From contig CAVQEQ010000002.1 of assembly GCA_963711565.1 (NCBI GenBank), forward strand, positions 224,001-288,000: 64,000 nucleotides of DNA, given 5' to 3'. Shown here piece by piece: positions 37,499-47,083 of the stretch. Every line of letters begins with the position of its first letter. The stretch's first letter is position 1. The notes under the pieces are model-generated. The model worked only from the letters and a program-made list of their open reading frames with translations, was not told where the DNA came from and ran no database searches. Position numbers and translations under genes: made by a program. This DNA is from an uncultured delta proteobacterium. GTDB taxonomy: Bacteria; Desulfobacterota; Binatia; Binatales; Binataceae.

Positions 37499-38490
37499 GC
37501 GCCGGGCACAATCGCGATGTTGCGGCGCGGCCAATTGCTGATCCGGTTGGCGAGGTGAAGCTGGACGAGCTGGCACGCAGGCTGAGATCGCTGACAGAGG
37601 GGGATATCGCCGTGATCGACGCGATCGCGATCGGCGCTCCCGCGATTCCGGTTCTACGCGGACTTTTGTTTGAAAGAGATCCCGCGGGAATTTTCGAGCC
37701 GCGGCGGCGAGCAGTTCATGCGCTCATAGTTCTCAAGGCTACCGACGCGTTGAAAGAGTTTGTCGCGGGCTGGAAGCCGGCTGCGGATCCCGTCGAACGC
37801 TTCGGCGACGAGGTGGTGCTGGGCGCTGCGGCCAGGGCGCTCGGCACGACCCTCAATGATGAGTTCTACCCCGTGCTCGCAGCCGTCGCCGGCAAGTATC
37901 CGGTATCGGAAGTCATCGAGGCACTGGGATACTTCAGACGCTCTGAGTCGATTCCGATTCTGCTTGCGGCCCTGGCGGACGATTTCAGCCGGACTGCGGC
38001 CGAACAGGCATTCAGATTACTCGGTCAACCCGCGGCTCCGGCTCTGATGGAGGTCGCGTCGCGTTGCGGCACAAATTTCAGCGGACGCGAAAGTCAATCG
38101 AGCATTCGGCAGCGGCGCAGCGCCTTGAGACTGATGCTCGAGCTCGGTCCCACTCGCGAGCTCTGGGAGCGCTTGAGCGACCTTGTACAGGATTCGGACA
38201 CCGAAATTGCGGTGCTCGGATGCCGGATCGGTCTCGCCGCGGCTGGCGATACTGCTGGGCGCGATTGCGCGTGCAGGCTGGTGGCGCTTCTGCCGCGAGC
38301 TCGATGGCCCCTCAATCAGGAAATTGAAGACTGCTTAAGAGACAACCTTGCCATAGCCTGTGAGTTCGTTGATCGCGCGTTGTCAGGATGGATAGGCGGC
38401 AGCACCAACGAAATTGAGCGCGCACGGTTCAAACGATCGCTTAGAAGAGTGAAAGCGCTCGGGTCTGCAAGACTCGACGCTGAGAGCTGA
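37495..38490 (+). CDS. Hypothetical alpha-helical (HEAT-repeat-like) protein
   Basis: Repeated AIPVLRGLL / AARALG / SIPILLAALAD..AAEQAF segments; GTGA overlap with upstream gene. Confidence 0.6.
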   Translation: MSAGHNRDVAARPIADPVGEVKLDELARRLRSLTEGDIAVIDAIAIGAPAIPVLRGLLFERDPAGIFEPRRRAVHALIVLKATDALKEFVAGWKPAADPVERFGDEVVLGAAARALGTTLNDEFYPVLAAVAGKYPVSEVIEALGYFRRSESIPILLAALADDFSRTAAEQAFRLLGQPAAPALMEVASRCGTNFSGRESQSSIRQRRSALRLMLELGPTRELWERLSDLVQDSDTEIAVLGCRIGLAAAGDTAGRDCACRLVALLPRARWPLNQEIEDCLRDNLAIACEFVDRALSGWIGGSTNEIERARFKRSLRRVKALGSARLDAES

Positions 38491-38495
38491 TCGAT

Positions 38496-40979
38496 ATGTC
38501 AGAGGCGGCGTCGCAGATGGCCAACTTCGCGGGTGACGCGATCCGCCGCTACGACGATCTCAAACTTGAGATCGCGGCAATCGCGCAGGCGGCGATGCTT
38601 CAGTGTGGGAAAGACAAGGACCCTGAAGGCGAACGTTCGTTCCAGCAGTTGCCGGCGCGGTTGGCGGAGGATCGCTTCAACCTCGCCGTCGTCGGCCCGT
38701 TTAGTCGCGGCAAAAGCAGCTTGATGAACGCGATCCTTGGATTCGACGGCTTGCCTACCGGCATCCTGCCCCACACATCGGTCATCACGACAGTGAGTTA
38801 CGGGCCCCGCGAGCGCGTCCTCGTCCGCTGCGACGGCTGGTCGTTGTCTGAGGAGATTAGACTCGATCAACTCGAAGAATATGTCACCGAACGCGGAAAT
38901 CCTGGGAATCGGCGGCGCGTGGCGTTGGCGGAGATCGAGCTGCCCGCGGAGATTTTGCTGCACGGCCTCCACTTCATCGATACACCCGGTCTTGGTTCCC
39001 CGATCGTCGCGAACACGAACACAACCGAACGTTTCCTTCCCGAGATCGATGCGGCAATATTCGTCTCGAGTTTCGATTTCGCCCTCAGCGAGGCCGACAT
39101 TGAATTCCTCCGCAGAGTTCACGCGACCGTCGGCGTCGTGTTCGTCGTCCTCAACAAATTGGATCTCGTGTCGGATTCGGAGCGCGAAGAAGTCCTGAGA
39201 TTCGTCCGCGATCGTCTCGATCGGGAACTGGGAATCGGAGGTTACAAACTCTTCGCCGTATCCGCTAAACGCGGGCTGGAAGCGAAGCTGCGCGGCGACT
39301 CAAGCAATCTGGCCCAGTCCGGATTGTCTGATCTGGAAGCCGCGCTCGCTATGTTCATGACCCGCGATAAGACTCGCCAGTTGGCAGTGCGCGTGATGGA
39401 CCGGCTCGTCACGCACCTGCAGCGCGAGCGGATGCATGCCGGCTTGGCCGCGACCGCGGAGCGGTCTCCCGCGCAGGTCTCCGTTGCTCTCGACAAATTC
39501 GATGAAGACCTGGCGAAGCTCAATGCGCGCCGCGCGGAGCTCGTCACTAATCTTCAGACCATTGGAATTGAAGCACCGCGTTCCCTTGAACCTCGCATCG
39601 ACCTTGCTTTCGCGAACCTTAGGCAAAGCGCCCTCAAGAAATTCAAACCTGATTTTTCAGGCAGCAGAATGTTTTCGAAGCCGGGCGCATTCGAATCCTT
39701 GACGCGCAATGTCTCGACATTTTGCGAGCGATCGCTCGCGCGTGAGCTGAGGGTCTACGAGGCCGCCCTGAACGAGCACTTCGAACGGAATGCGGCTGTG
39801 GTCCTCGCCCAAATCTACGCGCTGCCGGAAGAACTCTTCGCTATCGCGATAAACGGCGACGCAGGCAGTCGCGAGACGGCAACGCCGACCACGGATATTG
39901 CTCGGCCCGATGTGGTAATCGGCGGATTAGCCCGCTTCAATTGGAATCCGAGCCTGCCCTGGTGGGCGTACGTCGCTCCGTCGCGTTGGTTTCCGAGCTT
40001 GATTGTAAGCCGATTTTCCACGGCGCTCGATAATTTGCTTGCTCAATATCGGTCTAACGTCGATGCGGCAATCAGCAGCGGCGTACGCGAATATGGCGAT
40101 AGAGTAGGCTTCGACATCGGGAGAGGGATCGAAGCGAGCGCCAATCGCATCAAAGAATTGCTGCGGTCGAAAGTGCCGGCGACCGGGCGCAACGTATTCG
40201 ACGAACTGCTGAACCGAGCCATAGCTCAGCGACGACAATTCGACAGCAACGGGGAGGGCGAGAAGTCACCGAACAACAACGGCTCGGTTAGCTCCCGAGG
40301 TACAGCCGGAAAGCCCTCGCCCGCCGCGGGCGCTGTGCGCGCGTGTTCAGTTTGCAATGCGGTAGTCAGAGCGGTTTTCGATTTTCTGAGCAAGCTGCAA
40401 TACGAATTGAGCATGGAGGACGGCGCTCAACGTCAGCACGCCGAGACGGGAGGCTTTTGCCCGGTTCACACTTGGCTCTATGCGAAGATGACCTCGCCGT
40501 TGGGCGTAGCGCGCGCCTATCCGACCGTCCTCAAGGCTCGCGCAGCCGAGTTGAGCAATCTCTGTCGAACTGCGGAAACGATCGAAGAACTGGCAAGCGG
40601 CGTCAACGATTCATCAAGTTTGCATCCAGACTGCAAAGTCTGCGGGGTTGCGACTGACGCACGTGACGAGGCGGTCGCTCGCCTGCTCACCAGCTTGCTT
40701 GCGAGCGACTCACAGGAGCCTCCCTCACTTTGCCTGCCACACTTGCAGCCGGCCTTGAGCCGATGCACTGATCTGAAAAGTGGCCGGGAGCTGGTGGGCG
40801 AATGCAGCCGGGTCCTGGACCGCGTCGCGGACGATATGCGCCGTTATGCGCTCAAGCGCGACGCCATCCGGCGAAATCTGACCACTGCGAACGAACGCGA
40901 AGCACATCAAGTCGGACTCAGTAAACTCGCCGGTGACAGGCGACTGTCATTGACTGAGACCGAAGACGATCAGCTGTGA
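38496..40979 (+). CDS. Bacterial dynamin-like GTPase B with C-terminal Cys/His (DUF6062-like) domain
   Basis: GPFSRGKSS, PHT, DTPG, NKLD; C-terminal CSVC..GFCPVH..CKVC..LCLPH. Confidence 0.87.
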   Translation: MSEAASQMANFAGDAIRRYDDLKLEIAAIAQAAMLQCGKDKDPEGERSFQQLPARLAEDRFNLAVVGPFSRGKSSLMNAILGFDGLPTGILPHTSVITTVSYGPRERVLVRCDGWSLSEEIRLDQLEEYVTERGNPGNRRRVALAEIELPAEILLHGLHFIDTPGLGSPIVANTNTTERFLPEIDAAIFVSSFDFALSEADIEFLRRVHATVGVVFVVLNKLDLVSDSEREEVLRFVRDRLDRELGIGGYKLFAVSAKRGLEAKLRGDSSNLAQSGLSDLEAALAMFMTRDKTRQLAVRVMDRLVTHLQRERMHAGLAATAERSPAQVSVALDKFDEDLAKLNARRAELVTNLQTIGIEAPRSLEPRIDLAFANLRQSALKKFKPDFSGSRMFSKPGAFESLTRNVSTFCERSLARELRVYEAALNEHFERNAAVVLAQIYALPEELFAIAINGDAGSRETATPTTDIARPDVVIGGLARFNWNPSLPWWAYVAPSRWFPSLIVSRFSTALDNLLAQYRSNVDAAISSGVREYGDRVGFDIGRGIEASANRIKELLRSKVPATGRNVFDELLNRAIAQRRQFDSNGEGEKSPNNNGSVSSRGTAGKPSPAAGAVRACSVCNAVVRAVFDFLSKLQYELSMEDGAQRQHAETGGFCPVHTWLYAKMTSPLGVARAYPTVLKARAAELSNLCRTAETIEELASGVNDSSSLHPDCKVCGVATDARDEAVARLLTSLLASDSQEPPSLCLPHLQPALSRCTDLKSGRELVGECSRVLDRVADDMRRYALKRDAIRRNLTTANEREAHQVGLSKLAGDRRLSLTETEDDQL

Positions 40980-41027
40980 CGAAACAGAATGCCCCGGTTA
41001 GCATCTGAAGCTGGTTGGAGTTGTTGG

Positions 41028-42236
41028 ATGAATCTGCGACCCGGACCTGAAGAACCCGACCTCGAACCGGCTGGAGCGGCCGAACCCTGGCTGAATCGCA
41101 ATATAGTCGGCATGGGAATCTCCAGTCTGTTTTCGGACTGGGGCCACGAGATGGCCACCGCGATCCTGCCACTGTTCATTGTGACGATCGGTGCTTCCCC
41201 TGCCGCACTCGGAGTAATCGAAGGCGCCTCCGACGGCGCGGCTACTTTCGCAAAGCTCGCCGGTGGACGGCTTGCCGATCGAGTGGGAGTGCGGCACCTC
41301 GCCGCGACTCTCGGCTATCTGATAACTGGACTCGCGACCGGCTCATTTGCACTCGCTCAGACATGGTTCGAATTGTTGATCGCGCGCACCGTGGGATGGA
41401 TGGCGCGTGGCGTACGCGGACCTTGCCGCGACAACCTGTTGGTCGAATCAGTTCCGGCCGCGAAGGTCGGCACCGCCTTCGGCTTCCATCGCTCGTTCGA
41501 CACGCTCGGGGCGATCATTGGTCCGCTGTGCGCTATGTTTCTGTTGCATCGGATCGGCTTCCGCAGCATCTTCGTGCTGAGCCTCGTCCCGGGAGTCTTA
41601 TCAGCAGTCTCATTTTTCTTCTTCGTCCGTGAACCTAAGGAGGAGCATCTCGAAGGCCCCCGCGCGTTTCCGGGATGGAACGCCGCAATGCCGCCGGCGT
41701 TTCGGCGCTTCCTGCTCGCGGTTGGCGTCTTCGGGATAGGCGACTTCGCGCACAGCATGCTCATCCTTCGCGCGGCCCAGTTGATGGGCTCCTCGGCCAA
41801 AGCGATGAGCATCGCAGTCGGTCTGTACGTCGTCCACAACGTCGCGCATGCGATATTGGACTATCCGATCGGCGTCGCGGGCGATCGCTATCAGCGGCGT
41901 TATCTGCTGGCGGGATGGTACGTCGTAAGCCTGATCGCGGCCATTGGATTCGCAATTGGACCAACCAGCTTCGTATCGCTGGTGGTTCTCTTTATTCTCG
42001 AAGGCACGGTGATGGCTGCTGAAGAAACGCTTGAGTCGGCTGTGGCCGCTGATCTCTTGCCTGCGAATGTACGCGGCACTGGTTTCGGAATCCTGGCCGG
42101 CGTGAATGGGGTCGGCGACTTGGTGTCGAGCGTCGCAGTCGGGTTACTGTGGACTCATCTATCGGCGGAGGCTGCATTTGGCTACGCCGCTTTGATGAGC
42201 GCAATGGGTTCGGTACTGCTTTTCCTCGCCGTATGA
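41028..42236 (+). CDS. MFS transporter
   Basis: SLFSDWGHEM, G.LADR.G, GTAFGFHRSFDTLGA; about 12 TM; GGAG RBS before ATG 41028. Confidence 0.88.
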   Translation: MNLRPGPEEPDLEPAGAAEPWLNRNIVGMGISSLFSDWGHEMATAILPLFIVTIGASPAALGVIEGASDGAATFAKLAGGRLADRVGVRHLAATLGYLITGLATGSFALAQTWFELLIARTVGWMARGVRGPCRDNLLVESVPAAKVGTAFGFHRSFDTLGAIIGPLCAMFLLHRIGFRSIFVLSLVPGVLSAVSFFFFVREPKEEHLEGPRAFPGWNAAMPPAFRRFLLAVGVFGIGDFAHSMLILRAAQLMGSSAKAMSIAVGLYVVHNVAHAILDYPIGVAGDRYQRRYLLAGWYVVSLIAAIGFAIGPTSFVSLVVLFILEGTVMAAEETLESAVAADLLPANVRGTGFGILAGVNGVGDLVSSVAVGLLWTHLSAEAAFGYAALMSAMGSVLLFLAV

Positions 42237-42655
42237 ACTGGTCCCACGTCAGAAGGATCTCAATTGTGATGCGTGCGCTGGAAGACGCCACGCTCGAGAT
42301 TGAAGGCGCCCTCGAGACTCGCGGCGATCGCACGCGCCTGCTGACTACGCTTGAGGACGATATTGACGACTCTGTAAAGCCGATAATCCTCGGTAAGATG
42401 GGACAGATTCGGTCGGAGATCCGCGACCTGAAGAGTTACTACGACCTGGAGTCGATTACGGTCTCCAGCCGGCGTCATATCTCAACCAAGCTTGCGATCC
42501 TGGCGATCGATCTGACCGAGTGCCTCTCGCAGTACCTTCGCAGCTACGGCGAAGTTCCAGAAGCGGAACGAGCTACGCTCGACGAGCGGGTGTCACGATT
42601 GGAAGCGCTGGTTAACGAAGCGAGCAAACTCATCGTCTCCAATCGCAGAGGTTGA
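42233..42655 (+). CDS. Helical hypothetical protein resembling the N-terminal domain of some dynamin-like proteins
   Basis: RRISIVM..LE, LTECLSQYLRSYGEV motif; ATGA-coupled to MFS. Confidence 0.6.
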   Translation: MNWSHVRRISIVMRALEDATLEIEGALETRGDRTRLLTTLEDDIDDSVKPIILGKMGQIRSEIRDLKSYYDLESITVSSRRHISTKLAILAIDLTECLSQYLRSYGEVPEAERATLDERVSRLEALVNEASKLIVSNRRG

Positions 42656-42777
42656 TCTGCCCGGCCTCTTCTCGACTTCGCTATATCCCATGTTCATGAT
42701 CGGATTCTCCCACTGCATGTTCCTGACGAAGCATGCCCGCGGTTTGCGGTCAAACTAATTTCAGGCCGCACCTGTCG

Positions 42778-42815
42778 GCGGGGGCTGGCTTGCCTTCGAG
42801 ACAAACCAGCCCCGC
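42778..42815. terminator. GC-rich hairpin between convergent units (island right end)
   Basis: GCGGGGGCTGG..CCAGCCCCGC inverted repeat; no strong U-tract. Confidence 0.4.
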
Positions 42816-42839
42816 TGCAGGACTCGCGGAAAGGTCTGG

Positions 42840-44177
42840 TTATGGAGCCGCTTTTACCATCGCGTCCGGGTCGAAGAAGCTGCGGTCCACCGCGCCCATA
42901 TTGATATACCAGCATTCCTTTTCCGGAGTGTTGCGACTTGGCAGATAGCACATCGCCGACATTCCGGTTTGCACGTCGGTGGCAGCCGCTCCAACGACGA
43001 ACGAGCGCTTGAACGGATAGATCGCTACGCGCGCGTCGGGCACCGGTCGATCGCGATAAGTCAGCCAGTAGATGTGGTCTTGCCACAGCTGACCCTGTGA
43101 ATCGTAGGCGTCCTCATAAAGCGGGAACCATACTTCGCTGTCGATGTAGAGCACTGTGCGCGATTGCAGCGTCTGCGAGGCGTTCGAGTGCCTGGGGGTA
43201 GCTTCCACGATGTACATTTGGCGCGTCTCCCAGTTTTCCGGGCACGCACTTCCGCCGCCGTCGGTGAGGCAGGTGACTTCGGGCGAATGGGCCGCGTGGA
43301 CCACGCCGAGCATGCTCTTCGAACCCAGAAATTTATAGTTGTACTCCTCGACCTTGGCGTTGAAGCCGGAGTAGTGATCCGGATCGAACACCACGATATT
43401 GCCGCCGCCCTCGCTCGGCAGTCCACTACCGGTTACCGCGTCGCTCATCAAGCCTTCGTCGAGGCGGCGCAGCCTGCGCGTACCGGTATTCCATGACCAT
43501 ATGTCGTCGGACTTTTTCGGATCGGCGTAGCGGTAGCGCAGAAAGCCGGCCCCGCGCATACCTTCCGGCGCCATGATCGGATAAAGCCCGAACAGCCAGT
43601 AGCGCCCGGTCTTCTTGAAGTCCTGATCGATCGGCATTGGATCGACCTCGGTCCGTCCAATCTCGTTGTAGCCGGCGTAGTGACCTACATCGATCTCATC
43701 GATCACGCGGTAGGGAACGTTGCGCCCGCTCCGCACATTTTCACACGAGAAGTAACGCAGATCGTAGTCATCGGTCTGCAGCGGTCGAAACACGTTGTTC
43801 CAGATGATCTTGGTCGCAACTTTAGGATCGTTGGGATCGAGGAATGGAAATGGCTGGCCCGCTACATAGTTCTCAACCGTGCGCCCATCTGGCGACAGGC
43901 GGACCTGCTCAGAATACTTCTCGGTTGCGTCCTTGTAAGGCGGCGGCCAATCGACACGATCAGAGGGCACGATTTTCATCTCCATCCCCTGCTGGACCTT
44001 ATAGAAGACCCCTGGGGAGACAAGGTCTTTGACCTTGTAAGCATTGTCCGGAGTGATGACGTCGCCGGGCTTAACCTGGGCCAATGCGAGGGAAGCCGTC
44101 AGAAAAGCCAGAAGCAAGACCGCGGGAACTATTGCAATTGCATAGAGCTGAAATTTAATTCGTTTCAACCGAAACAT
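42840..44177 (-). CDS. DUF1329 domain secreted protein
   Basis: Signal peptide; VKPGDVIT, YKDATEKY, GQPFP, W.WN...RRLRR, YNYKFLG. Confidence 0.8.
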   Translation of the reverse strand: MFRLKRIKFQLYAIAIVPAVLLLAFLTASLALAQVKPGDVITPDNAYKVKDLVSPGVFYKVQQGMEMKIVPSDRVDWPPPYKDATEKYSEQVRLSPDGRTVENYVAGQPFPFLDPNDPKVATKIIWNNVFRPLQTDDYDLRYFSCENVRSGRNVPYRVIDEIDVGHYAGYNEIGRTEVDPMPIDQDFKKTGRYWLFGLYPIMAPEGMRGAGFLRYRYADPKKSDDIWSWNTGTRRLRRLDEGLMSDAVTGSGLPSEGGGNIVVFDPDHYSGFNAKVEEYNYKFLGSKSMLGVVHAAHSPEVTCLTDGGGSACPENWETRQMYIVEATPRHSNASQTLQSRTVLYIDSEVWFPLYEDAYDSQGQLWQDHIYWLTYRDRPVPDARVAIYPFKRSFVVGAAATDVQTGMSAMCYLPSRNTPEKECWYINMGAVDRSFFDPDAMVKAAP

Positions 44178-44324
44178 ATAAGAGCTCCTCTAGTAGCTAT
44201 ACCTTTCATTCTGAGGCATCATCCGTCGTCGTCGGAGCCGCGTAGAAGCGGCCGCCAACAACTGTGTCGCTGACGATGCCGGCGCGCTGGTTAGGCGCGA
44301 ATCATGAGAATTTATTGGTGGAGA

Positions 44325-44672
44325 CTAGTTGCCGTCATCAGGTGACGGCGGCAGCATTCGGCGGTGAAAGTGGCATTTGGAGGGCCACTCGGTTACATCG
44401 GCTTCATTGCTCTTGTTCGCAGCCGTGGATTTTGGTTTGGACTCCACTACCACGAGTGACACCGTCATGAAGCTGCTTATGCTGAGGTCGATAGGCCTGC
44501 TGCCGACTTCCTCGAATGTACGCGCGAGCTTTTGAATGGGAATCGCAACTGTCGGCGCGCTCGATAACGTGAGCGTAGAAAGCCTGGTAGATTGCGAAAC
44601 CGCCAGCGCGCCGAGTAGCACCGCCAGCATCAGGCAAAGGGACCGCCGCAAATTGCTTCTCTCCGTGAGCAT
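44325..44672 (-). CDS. Small signal-peptide protein, paralog A (start uncertain, up to 44693)
   Basis: Hydrophobic N-terminus, C-terminus FHRRMLPPSPDDGN; collinear similarity to 45245-45601. Confidence 0.6.
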   Translation of the reverse strand: MLTERSNLRRSLCLMLAVLLGALAVSQSTRLSTLTLSSAPTVAIPIQKLARTFEEVGSRPIDLSISSFMTVSLVVVESKPKSTAANKSNEADVTEWPSKCHFHRRMLPPSPDDGN

Positions 44673-44833
44673 GCGCAAAACCCGCCGCAACACGTGAATT
44701 AATCGTACGTCCCGATATCAATTGAACTGCTGAATTCAAATCCAGTCAAGGGGCGAGGAAAACGATGAGCCGAAGGGTTGCCCTCGCGCGTTCAGCGCTG
44801 GCGCATCGAGCCCTCTCCGGTAGTGGGCTCCTT

Positions 44834-45094
44834 TCAATTCATCCACCTTTTGACGGCATCTTTAGACAGATGGCGCGGATATTCGTTCTGTTCGCTTTTA
44901 TTCGCCTTGTCAGCCAACTTGTTTCGCTCAGCAAACGGAAGTGCAAAACACTCACGGCAGATCGCGTGATTGGCTAAAGCTCGAGCTGGGTTGATGCCGC
45001 ATAGCTCTTGCAACATATCTCGGGCTTCCGGACTGAGCGGAAAGGGATCGATCTTAACTTCGATAGATGTCTTGGCGCATAGAACGCATTTCAT
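44834..45094 (-). CDS. Small CxxC..CxxC hypothetical protein
   Basis: MKCVLC..HAICREC. Confidence 0.5.
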   Translation of the reverse strand: MKCVLCAKTSIEVKIDPFPLSPEARDMLQELCGINPARALANHAICRECFALPFAERNKLADKANKSEQNEYPRHLSKDAVKRWMN

Positions 45095-45244
45095 AAAGAT
45101 TTCCGTTTTCGACGAAGTAATCTACTTTGCTCCGATGGGCGAGCACCGCCTGTCCCGTTGCGCCGGCGCGAAGACCGGCAGCGATACCTACATCGCCGAC
45201 GATGTTCGATCGGTGGTTAAGCGCGAAATTCGAGAATTAAGGAG

Positions 45245-45601
45245 CTAGTCGCTGTCGTCCGGCGACCGCCGTGGAGTTCGCCGGCGAAAGAGGTACTTGG
45301 AAGGTGACTCGGTCAGGTCAACCTCATCAGGCATGCTCGTGGCCGCAAGGTCTCCTTCGCGTTCCGCTACCGGAAGCATGAAGGTAAAGTGGCAGCTTGC
45401 TGTGGCTATATCGATAGGCTTATTGCTGACTTCTTCAGGGGTGTTGCGAGTAAACCTCTGGTGACGAGTTGCCACTCTAGGAGTGCTACTGAGCGTGATG
45501 GCCGAGAGCGGTCTCGCGAGTTGCAAGACCGTGATAGTACAGAACAACGCTGCCAGCATTAAAGGCAGCAAGCGCCGCATTTGACTTCTCTCTGTGAGCA
45601 T
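45245..45601 (-). CDS. Small signal-peptide protein, paralog B (start uncertain)
   Basis: MLTERSQMRRLLPLMLAALF..FRRRTPRRSPDDSD. Confidence 0.6.
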   Translation of the reverse strand: MLTERSQMRRLLPLMLAALFCTITVLQLARPLSAITLSSTPRVATRHQRFTRNTPEEVSNKPIDIATASCHFTFMLPVAEREGDLAATSMPDEVDLTESPSKYLFRRRTPRRSPDDSD

Positions 45602-45838
45602 CCGCAATAGCTGCTCCAACGCATTGACCAACTCTGAAGCACGAAACGGAAGCCAACCACTGCCTCCGGATGAAGTCAAGCGGTCATATAAAGTCACCGC
45701 GCAGAACGCTTATCGTCTTGGCATCGCGTTATGGGAATTCGCCGGACATTCGCTGCGACCCATTTCGGATTTTCTTGTAACCCGCGCGGGAGCGTTTCGT
45801 CTTCTGGTTAGGGCGTAGGTCCTCGGGTTTCGAGATAT

Positions 45839-46165
45839 ATGAGAACTACTCGATCTAGATTATTCATCAGCGCGACGGCACTTCTTCTGCTGGCTTGTCT
45901 CGTATTGCCGGGTTCGTCACGGGCACAAGGGATCGACGGAGTCTCGCAATTGTTGGGCGGGTTAGGACTCTCGGGCAATTCGGGCCAAACCGCCGCCGCC
46001 CCTGTCACAGTCCAGCGTAACGCTCCGCCCTATACTGGGATGTTCAGCGGCAAGGAAACGTCGGGCTCCGAAACCAGGAGTCTGGATGCCAAGTTTCAGT
46101 GCTATCCGGCGCATGACCCCGCTTTCGAACAGACCGACGCGTTCATCTGCTATGCCGCCCAGTGA
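45839..46165 (+). CDS. Small secreted hypothetical protein
   Basis: Signal peptide ending SRA-Q; C-terminal Cys pair. Confidence 0.55.
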   Translation: MRTTRSRLFISATALLLLACLVLPGSSRAQGIDGVSQLLGGLGLSGNSGQTAAAPVTVQRNAPPYTGMFSGKETSGSETRSLDAKFQCYPAHDPAFEQTDAFICYAAQ

Positions 46166-47083
46166 ATGACCTGACGGCGAGTCGCTAGAAGTCTCAACCG
46201 AGCGTCGTCCGTTAGCGAGGCACGCGCGCTCGCACGGGCGAGAGTCAACTTCATTCACGCTGGCTGCAACGTCTCGGACAGGGCTCGCGGTTACGGCAGT
46301 CTCTCCATTAATGTCCGAGGCCGCGGCGGCGGCCATGCAGCGGAGCTTGACGATCTCGCGCGGAGAGCCGGCCAGTACGTAGCTCAAGATCCGATACACC
46401 TCGACGTTCACCACCAGATCGGTATGCAGGCCGTCAACTTCATAGTTATCGCCGTTCTCGGTGGCAGCGAATCTCCAATCAACTATCCCGTCCTGTCGAG
46501 AATATATCGAAGTGAAACGGACGCCGGGCGGCAACTGGGCGCCGTGAGTTTCTTTTGAAAAGCAACACGTACATCGTTCAGTCCCGCAATCCTGAGGCGT
46601 CTCGATGAACCTTTGAAAAAATGTATGAATCGCGAACAGCGCCGACCGCACTTCGGGCGTGACAGCCTGCCATCCGCTGCGCAAAGGTGAACCAATCGCA
46701 ATGACATGACGGACCAGCTCGGGGCGCTGCCGAGCGAGAGCGCAGCCGACTAATCCGCCCAAGCTATGGCCGATGATAACAATCGGGCCTCCCGCCTCTT
46801 TCGAGATTTCTTCCAGACGCCCCAGCATGCGCTCGACCTTGCGCTGCGGGCATCCCACGTTCACGCTGATCCCCGAGTGGTGCGTGCGATACCCAATCTG
46901 TTGTAGCCATGGCGACATCGTGTTGAACGTCCAGTCGCCGGCGGTAAAGCCCGGAATCAACAGAATCGCATGGCCTTGTCCTTTGGGAATACCGTTGCCC
47001 TGAAAGACAGGATCCAAAAGAAGAGCTGAGCGCTTGCTGCTGTAGTCTCGGTATGCGCTGTATATGAAAGTGCCTACGGCCAA
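45962..47083 (-). CDS. Alpha/beta hydrolase (lipase/esterase) with long low-confidence C-terminal tail
   Basis: LLIPGF, IGHSLGG, IGSP, SIYSRQDGIV, GLH. Confidence 0.8.
   Translation of the reverse strand: MAVGTFIYSAYRDYSSKRSALLLDPVFQGNGIPKGQGHAILLIPGFTAGDWTFNTMSPWLQQIGYRTHHSGISVNVGCPQRKVERMLGRLEEISKEAGGPIVIIGHSLGGLVGCALARQRPELVRHVIAIGSPLRSGWQAVTPEVRSALFAIHTFFQRFIETPQDCGTERCTCCFSKETHGAQLPPGVRFTSIYSRQDGIVDWRFAATENGDNYEVDGLHTDLVVNVEVYRILSYVLAGSPREIVKLRCMAAAAASDINGETAVTASPVRDVAASVNEVDSRPCERACLANGRRSVETSSDSPSGHSLGGIADERVGLFESGVMRRIALKLGIQTPGFGARRFLAAEHPSIGRSVTLDCDRGGGGLARIARES

Noticed and set aside
35956-42655. Assignment of the dynamin operon as a known anti-phage system
   Set aside because: No nuclease or other recognised defence effector; riboswitch control points to fluoride stress, though a defence role cannot be excluded
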